From Lama glama (taxonomy: Eukaryota): a stretch of DNA of 64,000 nucleotides. The notes below the pieces were generated by a model. The model did no database searches. It was not told the origin of the DNA and was given only the letters and a program-made list of their open reading frames with translations. Where the stretch lies: the NCBI GenBank assembly GCA_028534125.1, contig CM052816.1, positions 31,188,001 through 31,252,000 of the forward strand, in the 5' to 3' direction. This document shows positions 12,880-25,400 of the stretch, one piece after another. The position numbers and the translations under genes were made by a program. Numbering within the stretch: position 1 is the first letter of the stretch; each line of letters opens with the position of its first letter.

Positions 12880-14262
12880 TCCCCATTGTCTCCTATTTCA
12901 CAGAGAAAAGAGAAGTGATCAGCTGGGAATCACTTCAACTTTCCATATCAGCCTGACTTATCTGTGTCTTCACCCATCTTTTCCTCTCCCGCCAGACACA
13001 GCAAACAACATGTGCTTCTGATCTAAAGTCAGTTCATCCACTGATGCTCTGAATCTTGTTTTCTCATATTTTCTTGGAACTCTTGTGCTATTAATTTCAT
13101 TCTTTCTCACTTTCACTCTAATTTCTCCTCTTCTGCTCAAATCGTTTTTCTTCTCACTTAAACAGGCTCAAGTTTGCACTTTTTAAAAAGAGAGATATTC
13201 CCTTGGCTTCCTGTGCCCCTCCACTTATTACTTTATCTCCTCTACCTTATAGTGAAACTTCTTTAAAAAGTATGCTCTCTCTATTTTCTCACCTGTTACT
13301 CACTCTTCAGATGACCCCAGTTGACATTCCACACTCATCATCTCCTGAAACTGCCCCCTCTCCAGGCACGATTATGTCCTTAGCGCTGAGTCTAAAGTTC
13401 TGACCTCACTTGGCCCCTCTGCAGCAGTCGTCGCAGTTGGCCGCTCACTTCGCTTTGACCTCTAGGGCCCATCTCTACTTCGTTGCTTCCCCTCTGGCCC
13501 ATCTTTTCAGATATCTTTGCTCAACCTTCTCTTCTACCTGCATATGAAATATAGGACTTCCTCTAGGCTTGGTCTTGGGCCCTTGGGCTCTCCGACTCTT
13601 GCTCTCTCTCCCAGAGTGATGTCACCGTGCCCCATAGGTCCGAATATTCCACATCTGCAGACAAACCCTACATTTGCGGCCGGTTTCTGGAATCTTGACC
13701 CATTTACCTACCTGTTCCTTACCATCTTCGCTGTCTCACAAGCTCCTCAGCCTGTACTGGACTCATTCTTTCTTCCCACCCCTCGCCTCCACATCTGCTT
13801 CTCTCCCAGGGCCTCCTGTCTTGGGAAATGACATCACCACTACCACCGCTAGTTGCTCATGTCAGTAAAATTGGGAGTTAGCCATGTTTCCTTTCTCTTC
13901 CGCAATTCTCACATCCAATCAATCACCAAACTTGGGGAGTTACCCATGTTTCCCCTTCTTCTGCACTCCTTATGTCCAATCAATTGCCAAGTTTTATTGG
14001 CTTGGCCTCCAAAACATCTCTCTCATTTTCTCTCTATGCCCTCCCCGGCCTAGCTCACATCACCCCTGACCTGGAGAACTGCAAAACCTCTTAACTGCTC
14101 TCCTGGCATGTGATCACTTGTCTGAGGCCTGCTGTATCCACTGGACTGTTTAGTCCATAAAGGCAAAGATAAGGACTGTCTTATTCACTGCTTTATTTAC
14201 AATTCCTATTTTATTGCTCAGCATCGTATATGCCTAATAAATCTTCTATAAAATTAATGAAG
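12880..14262 (+). mobile_element. L2 fragments through the 3' end
   Basis: Pyrimidine-rich L2 ORF2 remnants ending aataaatcttctataaaattaatgaa. Confidence 0.7.
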
Positions 14263-14814
14263 GAATATAAGATTCTTGAATTCTAATCAACTACTACATC
14301 ACTTCAAGCACATACATCTTTCGCTCAGTCCAAAATCCAAATGCAAGAAAAACATCTTCCCAGTTGTGACAGAAACAGGTGTCACAAATTCTGGTCCTCC
14401 GCTTTTTAGCAGCCACGTGAAGACATCTTCAGGACCTGGAGACAGAGGAGGGGAGGGGAGACCATGTGACTCGCCCCCCTCACACAGCTGGTTGGGAGGA
14501 GTGGTAACTAGAACTCCAAGCTTGGCTCCCATTCAGGTCCCTTTTTTCCACATTGCCACAGGCAGGACCATTCACACAGCATCATACATAAGATTAATTT
14601 CACTGTCCTAATAACTTTCCTTATCTAGCTTCCCCTGGGAACCCTAGGTTTTTCAGTAGGTTATAACCATAGTTTATGAGGAGCAGCAGATTATAAAGTG
14701 GTGGGACTGGGAATAGAAGCTAGCACTCTGAGGAGTAAGAAATTACAGAGTCATCAAATATTATGCTCACAGACATTCTGGAACAAATTAAACTAGATGC
14801 AAACAGTCTAATGC

Positions 14815-15920
14815 CTTCATAATTCATTCAGCAAGTGTTTATTGAGTTCCTACTGAATGCCAGGCATTGTTTACTTGCTAGGGACATAGCATCTTCTTGA
14901 GGGCAGAGACTTTGTACTGCCCTCAAGAAGATGACATCCTAGTCAGGGGAGATAGTCAACAAGCAAACAAATCAACAATATTGGGTAGAATTAAATGTTT
15001 CAAAAAAATAGGAAGTCAGTAAAGGAGGAGAGTGATGGAAGTGGGGCAGTGGCCATTTTAGACAGAACAGCTAGAGAAGACCTCTCTGAAGAAGTGACGT
15101 TTGAACAAGTGAGAGAGCAGCAAACCATGCAGGGATCTGGGAAGAAAGCATTCCAGCAGAAGGAGCACTAAGGGCCCGGAGGCAGGTGTGCGCTCACTGG
15201 GTTTGAGAAACAGCAAAGAATGCAGCTGGAGTGGAGTGAGAAGCGATGGGAGATGGAGCAGAGGGCTGCCAGGGTGGGATCATCCAGGGCAAGGTTAGGA
15301 TTTAGATTTTCTTCTCTTTGTGATGGAAAGCCAGGGCAAGGTTGTGAGCAGGGGAAGGATATAATCAGATTCCGCTTTGAAAGGATCACTCTGCTGCTAA
15401 TGGAGATCAGTTAGGAGACTGTCTCAGGGCAACACATGATGGTATTGGACTAAGATAGTATCAGTTGAAAGTGTTGAGAAGTGGTTGGAATTTGGTTGTA
15501 TTCTGAAAGTAGAGTTAAAAGGATCTGCTAATGGAGGACATGTGGCCTATGAGAGAAAGAGAGAAGCCAAGACTGACTCCAAAGCTGGGGCCTGAGAAAC
15601 AGGATAAATGGAAGTGCCATTTATTGACATCCAGAATTCTTGGCAAGGATTATGCATTTGGAGGAAACTCAAGAGTTGTGTTTAAATCAGTGATTTTGAT
15701 ATGCCTATTAGATACGCAAATGGAGATAATGATTAGGTTGTCTGGAACGGAGGGGAGACACTAGGATTATACATATAAATCTGGGAGTTTTCAACAGCTG
15801 GCATCTTGTATGGCTTTAGCCATGTAACTGGGTGAAATAATCTAGGGAAGACGTACCCGTGGGGAGGAGGTTATCAGTGGGGTTAAAGGTGCTGATGGGT
15901 TAAAAGAGTTGAGGACGTGG
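14815..15920 (-). mobile_element. L2 3' region, reverse orientation
   Basis: ttcattcagcaagtgtttattgagttcctactgaatgccaggc...tttgaaaggatcactctgctgc. Confidence 0.85.
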
Positions 15921-17204
15921 ATTTAGCTCCAGCACATAGCTTCTGAGCATAACACCATAACTAACTTCAGAAGTTAAAGGAGTTCAGTTCTTGATGAAGC
16001 TTAGAAATCAACCCCTAATTCTAAATGTGAGAAAACCAAGACCGAGATGAAGCGATTTGTCTAAGTAACAGAAAATAATTAGTTATAACCAGATCTCCTT
16101 TTCCTGTGCTTTTCTTAATATATCAGTCACTTCTCTGCCTTCCAGATATTCAAAATGATTACCCTGACTGTCCACGGCCAAGTCAATAAAGATTTGGCTA
16201 TATTCTGTCTGCTTTGCTTAAGGAAGCTGAAAATAGAAGATTTCCTCACAGCAATAGTTAAGGGGTGGGGAAAAAAGAAGCTTTTTCATTCTTGCCTAAA
16301 CAGAATGTATTTAAGTAGAGTAGCTTATTCTATGGAAATAATCAATAATTACAAATTATTGTTTAAAGAAAAAAGTTGCAAATTTGATGAACAATTTTAA
16401 ACAGTTCTGCTCTTTCCTCTATGTTTCACTCTACTTTCATAAAAGTTACATCCACTAGCATGGAATCAGTTTCAAAAATATAATTACTAAGGACAAGAAT
16501 AATTGTGAAAAATGAGAAGGTAGGGGAAAACGAAATTATTGCATATAATTTAAATATTCAAATCCAAATAAAATCTGTCTTCAAGATAAAATCAAAGGTC
16601 TATGATTTCGTGTGCTTTCTGGCTATGACTCTGTAACCAGTATTCCAACTATTATCCAGTGGCTTTATAACTCCTAAGGCTGACTGCTGATTTATACTGC
16701 AGGTTATTAAAGCTTTTGGCTTTAGATAGTTAGGTTCATCTTACCCTGTCCCTTTTATTTTCAGCATAACATAAATTTACCATTGCTTCAAACATTCCAT
16801 TTCTTTCTGGGACTCAGGTTAGGTTTTCTAATCGTTCAGCTAGGCTTGGGTTAGCAAGAATTAAAATTTTCAGAACTGTATCGAGGTCAGAATGTACCTA
16901 CAAACTGGGAAGCCTCCACTTTACTTGATGTACTTAGTCTGCAATGCTGTTTGAAAGGTGCAGTTACATCCAATCTTACAAAAGAGACATTCAGATACTT
17001 TTGCCCTGCCATGAACAGTTTGCATTAGACAAATATGTTGTATTTTTGAAAAATGTTCTTTGTCTTAGAAGCCTTTCTACCTAATCTTTTAATTTCCTTT
17101 ACCATTTCTCTTTGCATCAGATATAGTAAATCTGCCATGTTCACTTCAGTGGTCATGATGAAGGCTGGTGGTCAGGTCAGCACGGTGGTGGTCGAAGGGC
17201 ACGT

Positions 17205-17450
17205 ATACTGCTTATCCTATGCTGAGTAACCACTATGTGCCACTCAGTGCAGCAGGGCCTTTATACGCATGCATCTCATTTACCCCTCACAACAGCCGTG
17301 CAGGCAGTTGTCTTATCTCCATTGCCTAAACATGGAGACTGAGGCTCAGTGAGCTTCAGCAATTTGCTCAGGAACACAGAGCTGAGAAGTGGCAGAGCTG
17401 GGATTTAAATCCAGGTCTCTGTGCCCTTAAGTCCAGGATATTTCCATTGT
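17205..17450 (-). mobile_element. MIR SINE
   Basis: Core gagactgaggctcagtgagcttcagcaatttgctcagg...gggatttaaatccaggtct. Confidence 0.85.
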
Positions 17451-18235
17451 TTAGCATGCTTCTCTTAAGAACCATTCTGCTTATTTATTAACGTTAGGAA
17501 AGAACATTTCAATGAAAGAAAGACAAAACCTTTTCAAGAGTGTAGAAAATATTCACTACTATTTGCAATTCTTTCATTTTCCTCATTGGTCTTCTTTAAC
17601 CAATCTCGTCTTTCCTTGAAGTTACCCGACTGCACGGTCGGCCTCAGCATTTCTCCTCTGTCTCCAGTTACAGGATCAGTTCCACTTTCCTACATCTGCA
17701 GGGGTCTGGTCGGTTTTCTAGCACATAGTTCATCTGGCAGGGGCAGTTTACAGTATTCTATCTTACCAAAGGGGGCATGAAACATACAAATGTTGCATTT
17801 CATGGCCATTATAAGGGGGTTAGAAATCTTGAACCATTGGAGCCTAGACAGTAAATGGTAGCAGCTGATGATATTTAAGATGAAAAGTCAGATTTTGCAT
17901 CTTTTCTGTGAGAGTCTCAAAAAATTGCTTCAGTTAGGCAACTCATGCAGTTTGTGGGGACTTTACAATCTTATTACTAACATTGTGTGTGCTGGTCTGT
18001 GCCACTCTGCTTAATTCTACCCAGGATCAGCCAGCCAGCCTGGCATCAGTCTGTCCCACTAGGGTTGCCCCCCACCTGCTATTCCTACTCTACCAATAGC
18101 CACTTCTTGGGAACTTAATTCTCCTCCAATTCTTTTCAGGGTTACAGGGACGGGGGCAACTGATGCAGCTGGGCCATAATGAAAGTCTAGGAGAAGAAAG
18201 ATGAAAAGAAGGAAATTTTTTTAAAAAAATTTAGA

Positions 18236-18352
18236 GGAGAGGGTATAGCTCAAGACGTAGAGTGCGTGCTTAGAATGCACAGGGTCCTGGGTTCAGTCCC
18301 TGGTACCTCCTCTAAAAATAAACAAATAAAATGAATAAATCCTCCCCCCCCC
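18236..18352 (+). mobile_element. tRNA-derived SINE, vic-1-like (camelid)
   Basis: ggagagggtatagctcaa...gtcctgggttcagtccctggtacctcc with Pol III A/B boxes, A-rich tail and C run. Confidence 0.8.
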
Positions 18353-18809
18353 GCAATTTTTTTGTTTTAAAGAAGTAGAAAACTTCCCAACAGGGAGATC
18401 CTGGTAAAAAGCATTTTGTTCCACTGGTCGGTGGTGTGATTTGGGAGAAATTTTGTCAGAAGTATTTGGTCACTACTGAATTTAGTTAAAGTAACCTTGG
18501 TGCCTGAAACCACAATCCACTGTTAAAGTGTGTAAAACACTGGAAAGGAGATCAGTATTGTATAATCACGTGCCAACTTTTTTAAAGAAGAAATTGTAAG
18601 TATGTTCATGGGAAAAGGGTAGTTGCTGCCATCTTTGCCAGGATGACTTTCCTCTACTTGCTCTGCCAAAGTGGTTTACTTCTTTAGTTAGAATTGGAAA
18701 TTTCATTCACTTTTCTCTAGATTTAACTATACATTTATTCATCGGTTCAGGAGTATTTATTGATTACCTCTTATATACACCTGACTCTGGGCTAAGGAAG
18801 TTAACATAT

Positions 18810-19470
18810 GTATGCCTAAGAAAAATTAAAACATATGTCCGCACAAACAGTTGTACACAAATGTCTATCATAGCAGTATTCACGACAGCCAAAAAGTAGA
18901 AACAATCCAAATGCCTATCAATTTACAAATGGAGCACAGGGAACTATATTCAATAGCTCGTAATAACCTATAATGAAAAAGAATATGAAACGGAATATAT
19001 ATCTATAACTGAAACACTATGCTGTACACCCAAAATTAACACAACATTGTAAGTTGATTATACTTCAAAAAAAAAACTTATGAATGAATGGATAAATAAA
19101 ATGTGATCTATCCAGGCAATGGAATATTATTTGGCCATAAAAGGGCCAAAGTACTGATGTACAACATAGATGAACCTTGAAAACATTAGGCTAACTGAAA
19201 GCAGTCAGTCACCAAAAAAACACATACTGCATGATTCATCAATATTGAAAGCCCAGAATAGGCAAATCTACAGAGACTCAAAGTAGAGTAGTGGTTGCTT
19301 ATAGCTAAAGAGAACAGAGTTTCTTTCTGAGGTGTTGAAAATATTCTAAAATTGACTGTGATGATGGTTGCCCACATATACGACTATCCTAAAAACCACT
19401 AAATTGTACAACTTAAATGGGTAAATTGTACGATATGTGAATTGCATCTCAATAAAACTCTTTTAAAAAA
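18810..19470 (+). mobile_element. L1MB-type 3' end interrupted by a younger L1 3' fragment (~18933-19075)
   Basis: aaacaatccaaatgcctatcaa...gaatggataaataaaatgtg split by the insert; ends catctcaataaaac. Confidence 0.85.
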
Positions 19471-22400
19471 TGTCAACAGGACGTGGCAATTTAGTGCAAT
19501 GGGAAAAGAAGTAGGGGAAAGAATCTAAGTTAGCTCTAAGGCAACCTACTAGGGTCAGCGGGAGACTTGGGTAGCATAATAACCAAGAGAAGGAAGACAG
19601 AAGGAAGCTGGTTTGATGGCAGAAAGAAAGATTGCATTGCCGGATACACATGTTAAGTCCACAGTGACTGTGAAAGAGCCATGGAGGTTATGAAAGTGAC
19701 CAAGAAACAAAGGATGTAAGAGTGCTAATCTTAGGCTCACTAAAGTCCCTCTTCCTGGGGACCTGGACTTGCTTCAGAATGACACCAGAACACATTAGAC
19801 TAGATTTCAAAAAAGCTGCCAACTCTACACAAGTTGAGAAGTAGAAGAAAGATTTCCATTTTCTTCACAGGGCTAGATGGCAGGTTACTAATACAATGTT
19901 GCTCTTATTACAGTACTTTTAAAAATTTCGTCTGTTGATCACAGGTCCTGGCTGGCTCATCTCAATGTCTGCATTCCCCACCCCATCTAGCTCACTGTCC
20001 TGACTTAAGGGCTGCTCAACAATTCTTATAGTACTTTCATATTTCAAAGTTAGATTTTCACGTTCACTAATCTACCAAATGTTTGAAATACAAAGATGGT
20101 TCATAGCATAAGCCCATTCCCATCTCGGCTCCATCTGCATCTCCCTACCACCCTGCACAGACATTTCAATTGCCTTTTTGTGGTTTTGCATCTTCTGTAA
20201 GATTGTTCTTGTTAATTCTAAGATATTTGTATTTGTGAAACGATATTGCACATTTTGGATGACTTAATCCTATTTCTGGCATTTTTTTCCCTCCTTGTTT
20301 CTGGTTTCTGTTTTTGTGTGTGATGAAAATCCAAGGAAAACCAATGATTGACGATACTTAAAGAGAAAGGTGGTAAGCCCCTCCTGATGATCTGAAGGTA
20401 CTTTTTAAATCAGGTCACTGACCAATCTCCACGTTGTGTAAAACAGTGAAAACACACTCCTGTGTCATATTGAGTCTGCTACAAAAAAAGGCTGTGGTCA
20501 TTCTTTCTGCTGCAATGACAAAAAACTCACTTTTCTCTCTACTGAGGCATCAAATCAATCTGCACAGTCACGAGTGTTTCAGGGTCTGAACCTGGCACTT
20601 CCTGTACATTGTTGTATGCAATGTTCCCACAGAGGAGGAAACATGCCCAGAAAAGCAAAGGGATTTGCCTGTGACCACTTAGGTAGGATTTCTGTTTACA
20701 AAGACTGGGCTGGTAACTAATATACTACCATGGCCTCAAATGTTTAATACCCACCATTCAATAATGCCTCAGGCGGCGGCGGTCTCCCAGCCCATGCCAG
20801 TAGTTGCATTGCTCGACAGGTCTCACAGTCAGGGACTGGCCTCAGCAGAACCAAGTTCAGAAGCTCCCTGCCACTCAGGAATGGAGGATGCTGAAAGCGG
20901 CCATGGTGCTCTGCCTTACTGTTCAAATACTTCAATACTGACTACCTCTATGCTAGATATTACCAAATCATTTATTCACCCCCTTCATTTTGAAGACCAA
21001 TGTCATTTAAAAGGAAATGTAACCCATATGTTCCTGGTTCCTTTACACTTAAATCGCCAACAATGTTCTTTTGCAAGATCTACTACATATCCAAACGTCT
21101 TTGGAGACTCTTTTTTTTTTTTTTAATGAGAGCAGGAAGCTGCATTTGGACGAGAGTAATCACCAAAAGGTTCAAGTTCGCAACTTGAAAATTCAAACCC
21201 GTAAGACTTAAATTGTAAACCTGCCCATTCCGTATTCTGCAAGGGCCCCAAAGAGCAATAACAGCAAGGATCTGGCAAGTATTAATACATGAACATCTGG
21301 AAAGTGGGGGAGGGGCGGAATGAGAAGAGAGGACAATGACTGATGTAGACGCCATCAGGAAACCAGGCCAGGGCAGGGTCCCTTGACGAATCCAGGAGAC
21401 ACAGTGTCCCTGATGTTCTTGTTGTGAAGTCCCTGACGTTCTGGCGGTAGGAGCCAGAAGAACACACCAGGAGCCATGAGGGAATTCATGATTGGAAGCA
21501 GAGCTAGGACTTAGATCCATATTTCACATAAAACTGAAAATCTGTGGCTGAGCCCAGAGGTTCATATTTGTTCAAATATCATATGAAAGGTATTGACTTC
21601 TGCTGGGCTGTGGCAGACTCTCAACCTGGGATAAAGGTAAACAAGTATGGAAAGCTAATTTTCCACAATCGGTGGATTAAATGATAACTCTCCTGATGAA
21701 ACCTATATAATGTAGGGCCTTATTATATGTTTATCTTGATTTCGACAGGACCAAGGATTTTCTCAATTGTGATAAACATTACAAAATGGAAATAAAATTT
21801 GATTAGCTTGAAAAAATGAGTTAATAAATTGTTCTTAAAATGGTTGAAATGTATAAATAGAAATGTTTTCTATTATTAATTACAGATAATAGAGAACAAA
21901 GACTGAGTCCTATATGAAATCCAACCAGATGGTCATTCTCTTGAAGAAAAATTCAACTTACCTGATTCCTAGCTAAAGGAATAGTAGTAGAAGTAACAAT
22001 AAAAATGCATGATGTGTTTCCTCCATGACATGATGGTCCTCATAGAGACACAGACAACATAGGAGAACATGAAATTACAGTCTCACAGACCAGCTCCACA
22101 CTGGTGAGCCCCAGCTGTTTCTGCCACGTGCACCTACCTTCCCTGTGCGTGTACTTTATCTTCCATTGGGTCTTATTAGGCTAGTTTCTTGTTAATTCAC
22201 TGAGTTAAGCTGGTGATCTCCCAACAATCCCCAATTCCATGAAATGAGTCGACAGTGAGGGCAGGACATGAAAGGAATTTCCACCACTGAAAGTACACAC
22301 ACCGCATCAGATCTGAGCTATACTATGGAGCAAACAGCGAGCTTCCTGTCAGTGTCTCTGATCAAATAATGTGGAAACTGAAAGGACATGGTTCTAGCAG

Positions 22401-25400
22401 ATGCTCAATTCTCAATCACTCTTTCCATCTCTCTTGAAAGAGGAATATATTATTGTTATTGGGAGAGAAGACTGGCAAAGAGACACCAGGTACAACTTGA
22501 TGGAAGGAAGAATGAACTTGTAAGGAACGTGCGCAGGAGTGTATGGGTGCAAGACATGCACATGCCCTACATGTTCTGCTCAGTCTCATTCTTGGAAGGA
22601 GGGTGGCTGCGAGGCCGCACAGGGCATCCTCCTCTGATGCCACCCCACAGTGTCCAACCTAAGCAAACAGACTTAAGGATCATCAGGAAAAATATTCCCT
22701 TTGTGCCTGTCTCCTCAACCTCTACCCACGTCTACCCACCACTACTTCCCAAGCCACAGTAATGCTAAAAGGGACCACCCTAAAAGAGAAGTGGTAGGGC
22801 AGAAAGAAAGACATGGGGTTCTTTGCCTCCTACCTGGCCTAATAAATATAGAGGCCAGGGCAGTGGTAAGTAATCTTGAGAGGAAATACAAGGGCTCAGG
22901 TCTTCTGCAACCAGCAGATACTGAACACAAATGTACCCATATGTCCTGGCCTTTGACTGTAGCCAATCTTTAGATACAATAAAATCACATATATGGTAAT
23001 GCTCTGAAGACACTGTTTGGTGACTTAGTAACAGAAATTACAGTTTTTCTGTCCAGGGGTTCTTTGGACCCAGGTATCTTCATGTGGTGTTACCAGTATG
23101 AATCAGACATTTATTGCTGTCATTGACAGCACTGTTCCTGGAATAGATTTAGGACTAGGTCCCCTGAGGCCCACGAGGGCCAGGAGTGGGATGCAGAGAC
23201 AAGATGTACATTCTTGAATGGCCTAACATTTCCAGTTCATTACACATACTTGACACAAGCTGGGCATGCAATATTGTAAGCTGGGTGGGTGCCTTTTCCA
23301 GAAGCAGATGCTTATTAGATGGGGTCTAGGCTGCAAAAGGAATCAACACCTATGACAGGAAGAGGATAAAGCAGAACTGGGCAGAGGAAGAAGTCAAATG
23401 GTGACAAAGGCCAAGCCAGTGGGGAGCTCTGGACTGAATTTTGAAATTGACACAAAACAAATATCTGGGACTTTATATTCCTGAAATAAATGGCCAGCCC
23501 ACGTCCGGTTACCAGATGCAGGTATGACCCCAGGCAAAGTGATTCTGTGCACCTGAGGCAGGTCCTGAAGGCGCTGACAGCTGGAGGCTGTTTGCTGACT
23601 GCACTTCCCACTGCTGGTCAGCAAACACTTTCTTGAAGACATATCTCAATGGTGCCTGTTGGTATCTACCGTTAGTCCAAACCAGGGAGGAGGGGAGAGA
23701 GATGAAAAGATAAAAGATGTAAATGGGACAAGGAGTGAAGCAGCTGGAGCCTCTTAGGCTTGAGGTCAAATCCCACTTTCAGTCTTGGGCCTGTGAAGAC
23801 ACTGGAGTCGGATGTCACATTTCCTCCCAGCCTCATTGCAATAACCAGTCTCATGGAGACTCCAACAGCTGGACAGGCCTTGCCTCTTGCAGCTCGATCC
23901 CCCTGGCATGGGCTTCCACCTCCTCAATGTTAATGAGGCATGAGACCACTCACTGCCCACATGTGTAGGTTCAGAATGGGCTGGGGGGGGTGGGATTAAG
24001 GAGGTAGGCAGTTAATGTCTTATTTGATGACCCATTGACCAACAGAAAGCAGAATATAAAGTCTTCTGCCCTTCTCTTCAGTCCTGTGAGACTGAGCAGT
24101 CAGCAGTACTTGGCACCAGCTGTGGAACTGGCTTATACACTATCAGTCCTTTCCTCAACCCCTTCCTTGGAATTGCACTCAATAATAAAGCACATAAGCT
24201 TCTACCTCAGGTTCAACTCTTTGAAAAACCCAGGCTAAGATGATTTACTTCTTAGGTTACAATAAAATGTCTCAGGATCAAAAGTTGCCACACAGCAACA
24301 CAGTCTGTCATGTGCAAATAATCTGGAGGGTCCAGGACCTCAAGACTGTTACTGTGTAGAAACTCCCTGCCCCAACCCTCTACCCATTAAAGGGAAATCC
24401 TAGATTCCAATCTTGTCCCTTCCCCACTTTCCTTTAAAATCAGAGCTTTAATGCATGCAAATTTGCCCTACTCCCTTACTGTTCACTAGGACCAAGAAAA
24501 AAAAATTCAGGGAAGCATTATGTCATTTTTTCCCCAACTCAGAAAGCTGGAACTGTTCAGTGTGCTTGTATTTCTTCTTTTAATCTAGGGAACTCAAATC
24601 AAGAAGATAGAAAGAAATGATTTTTGTTCTGAACCTTCCTCTGAACCTTCCTTTGTCCAGTACAGCAACGTGGCTCCCACCGCTCAAACATCCGGCCTCC
24701 AACACACCTATGAGAGCACTTTCAGATGTGCCTTTATAAGAAATTCCTGGAGGCCCTGGTGGAACTGGGCCAAAGGAAAACTGAAGTCTATTGTACCAAG
24801 CAGTACAGTTTACAATTCCAGATAGATTATTACCAGACCAACGTGATGTACCAAATGGAGCCTCTTGGCAACAAGGCTTATTTTCAAGTGTCATTCATAG
24901 TTTGGTAGTTGATTTGCACCTAAACATACAATAATGTAGCCGAATCACCTGCTAGAGATTAAGTATTTTTCTCTCTCTTTAAGATACTGAAAGCTGTTCC
25001 ATCTGAAGCGGGAAGCGCTAGGGTAGCTGTCCTTGGAATAGGGCTGGGGTCCCATTGTTGAAATAGAGAGCAGGATCAGCCTTTAGTTTTCTAAGGTTGT
25101 TACATTCCCAGAACACACCAGACCACCTCCGGGTACCATGAGCCCTGGAGGCTCCTGGACACCTTGCGGGGTGGTTGGATAGAACCTGCTGCTGCCCTCA
25201 GCCAGAGGTGAGGAGCCCATACTCTAGGGATGTACAGGGACTCAAGGGACAGAGCACTTGACTCATCAGGACAGCCGAGAACTATGCAAGCCGTAAGCTC
25301 TGTTATCCGCCGTCTCCTCCTCCTTTTCCCCCAGTCCTTCAAAATTATAGAAACAGAAGCTTCACCAAGGAATTCGGCAAGAGGCTCAGAGGAAATAAGA

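Noticed and set aside
12306..14069. Cluster of 60-150-aa ORFs
   Set aside because: They lie in MLT1 and pyrimidine-rich L2 remnants, which are stop-poor
18241..18310. tRNA gene
   Set aside because: Has A/B boxes, but the stems are degraded and it has a SINE-type tail; it is a tRNA-derived SINE
20320..20395. C/D-box snoRNA (GTGATGA...CTGA, ~76 nt)
   Set aside because: No terminal stem, no clear D'/C' pair, no recognisable rRNA guide, no host intron
20740..21126. 128-aa ORF
   Set aside because: No recognisable domain; ends in a T run; length compatible with chance
24580..24908. Overlapping 104-aa (-) and 60-aa (+) ORFs as coding exons
   Set aside because: No family match; all plus frames after the acceptor hit stops and no good donor was found
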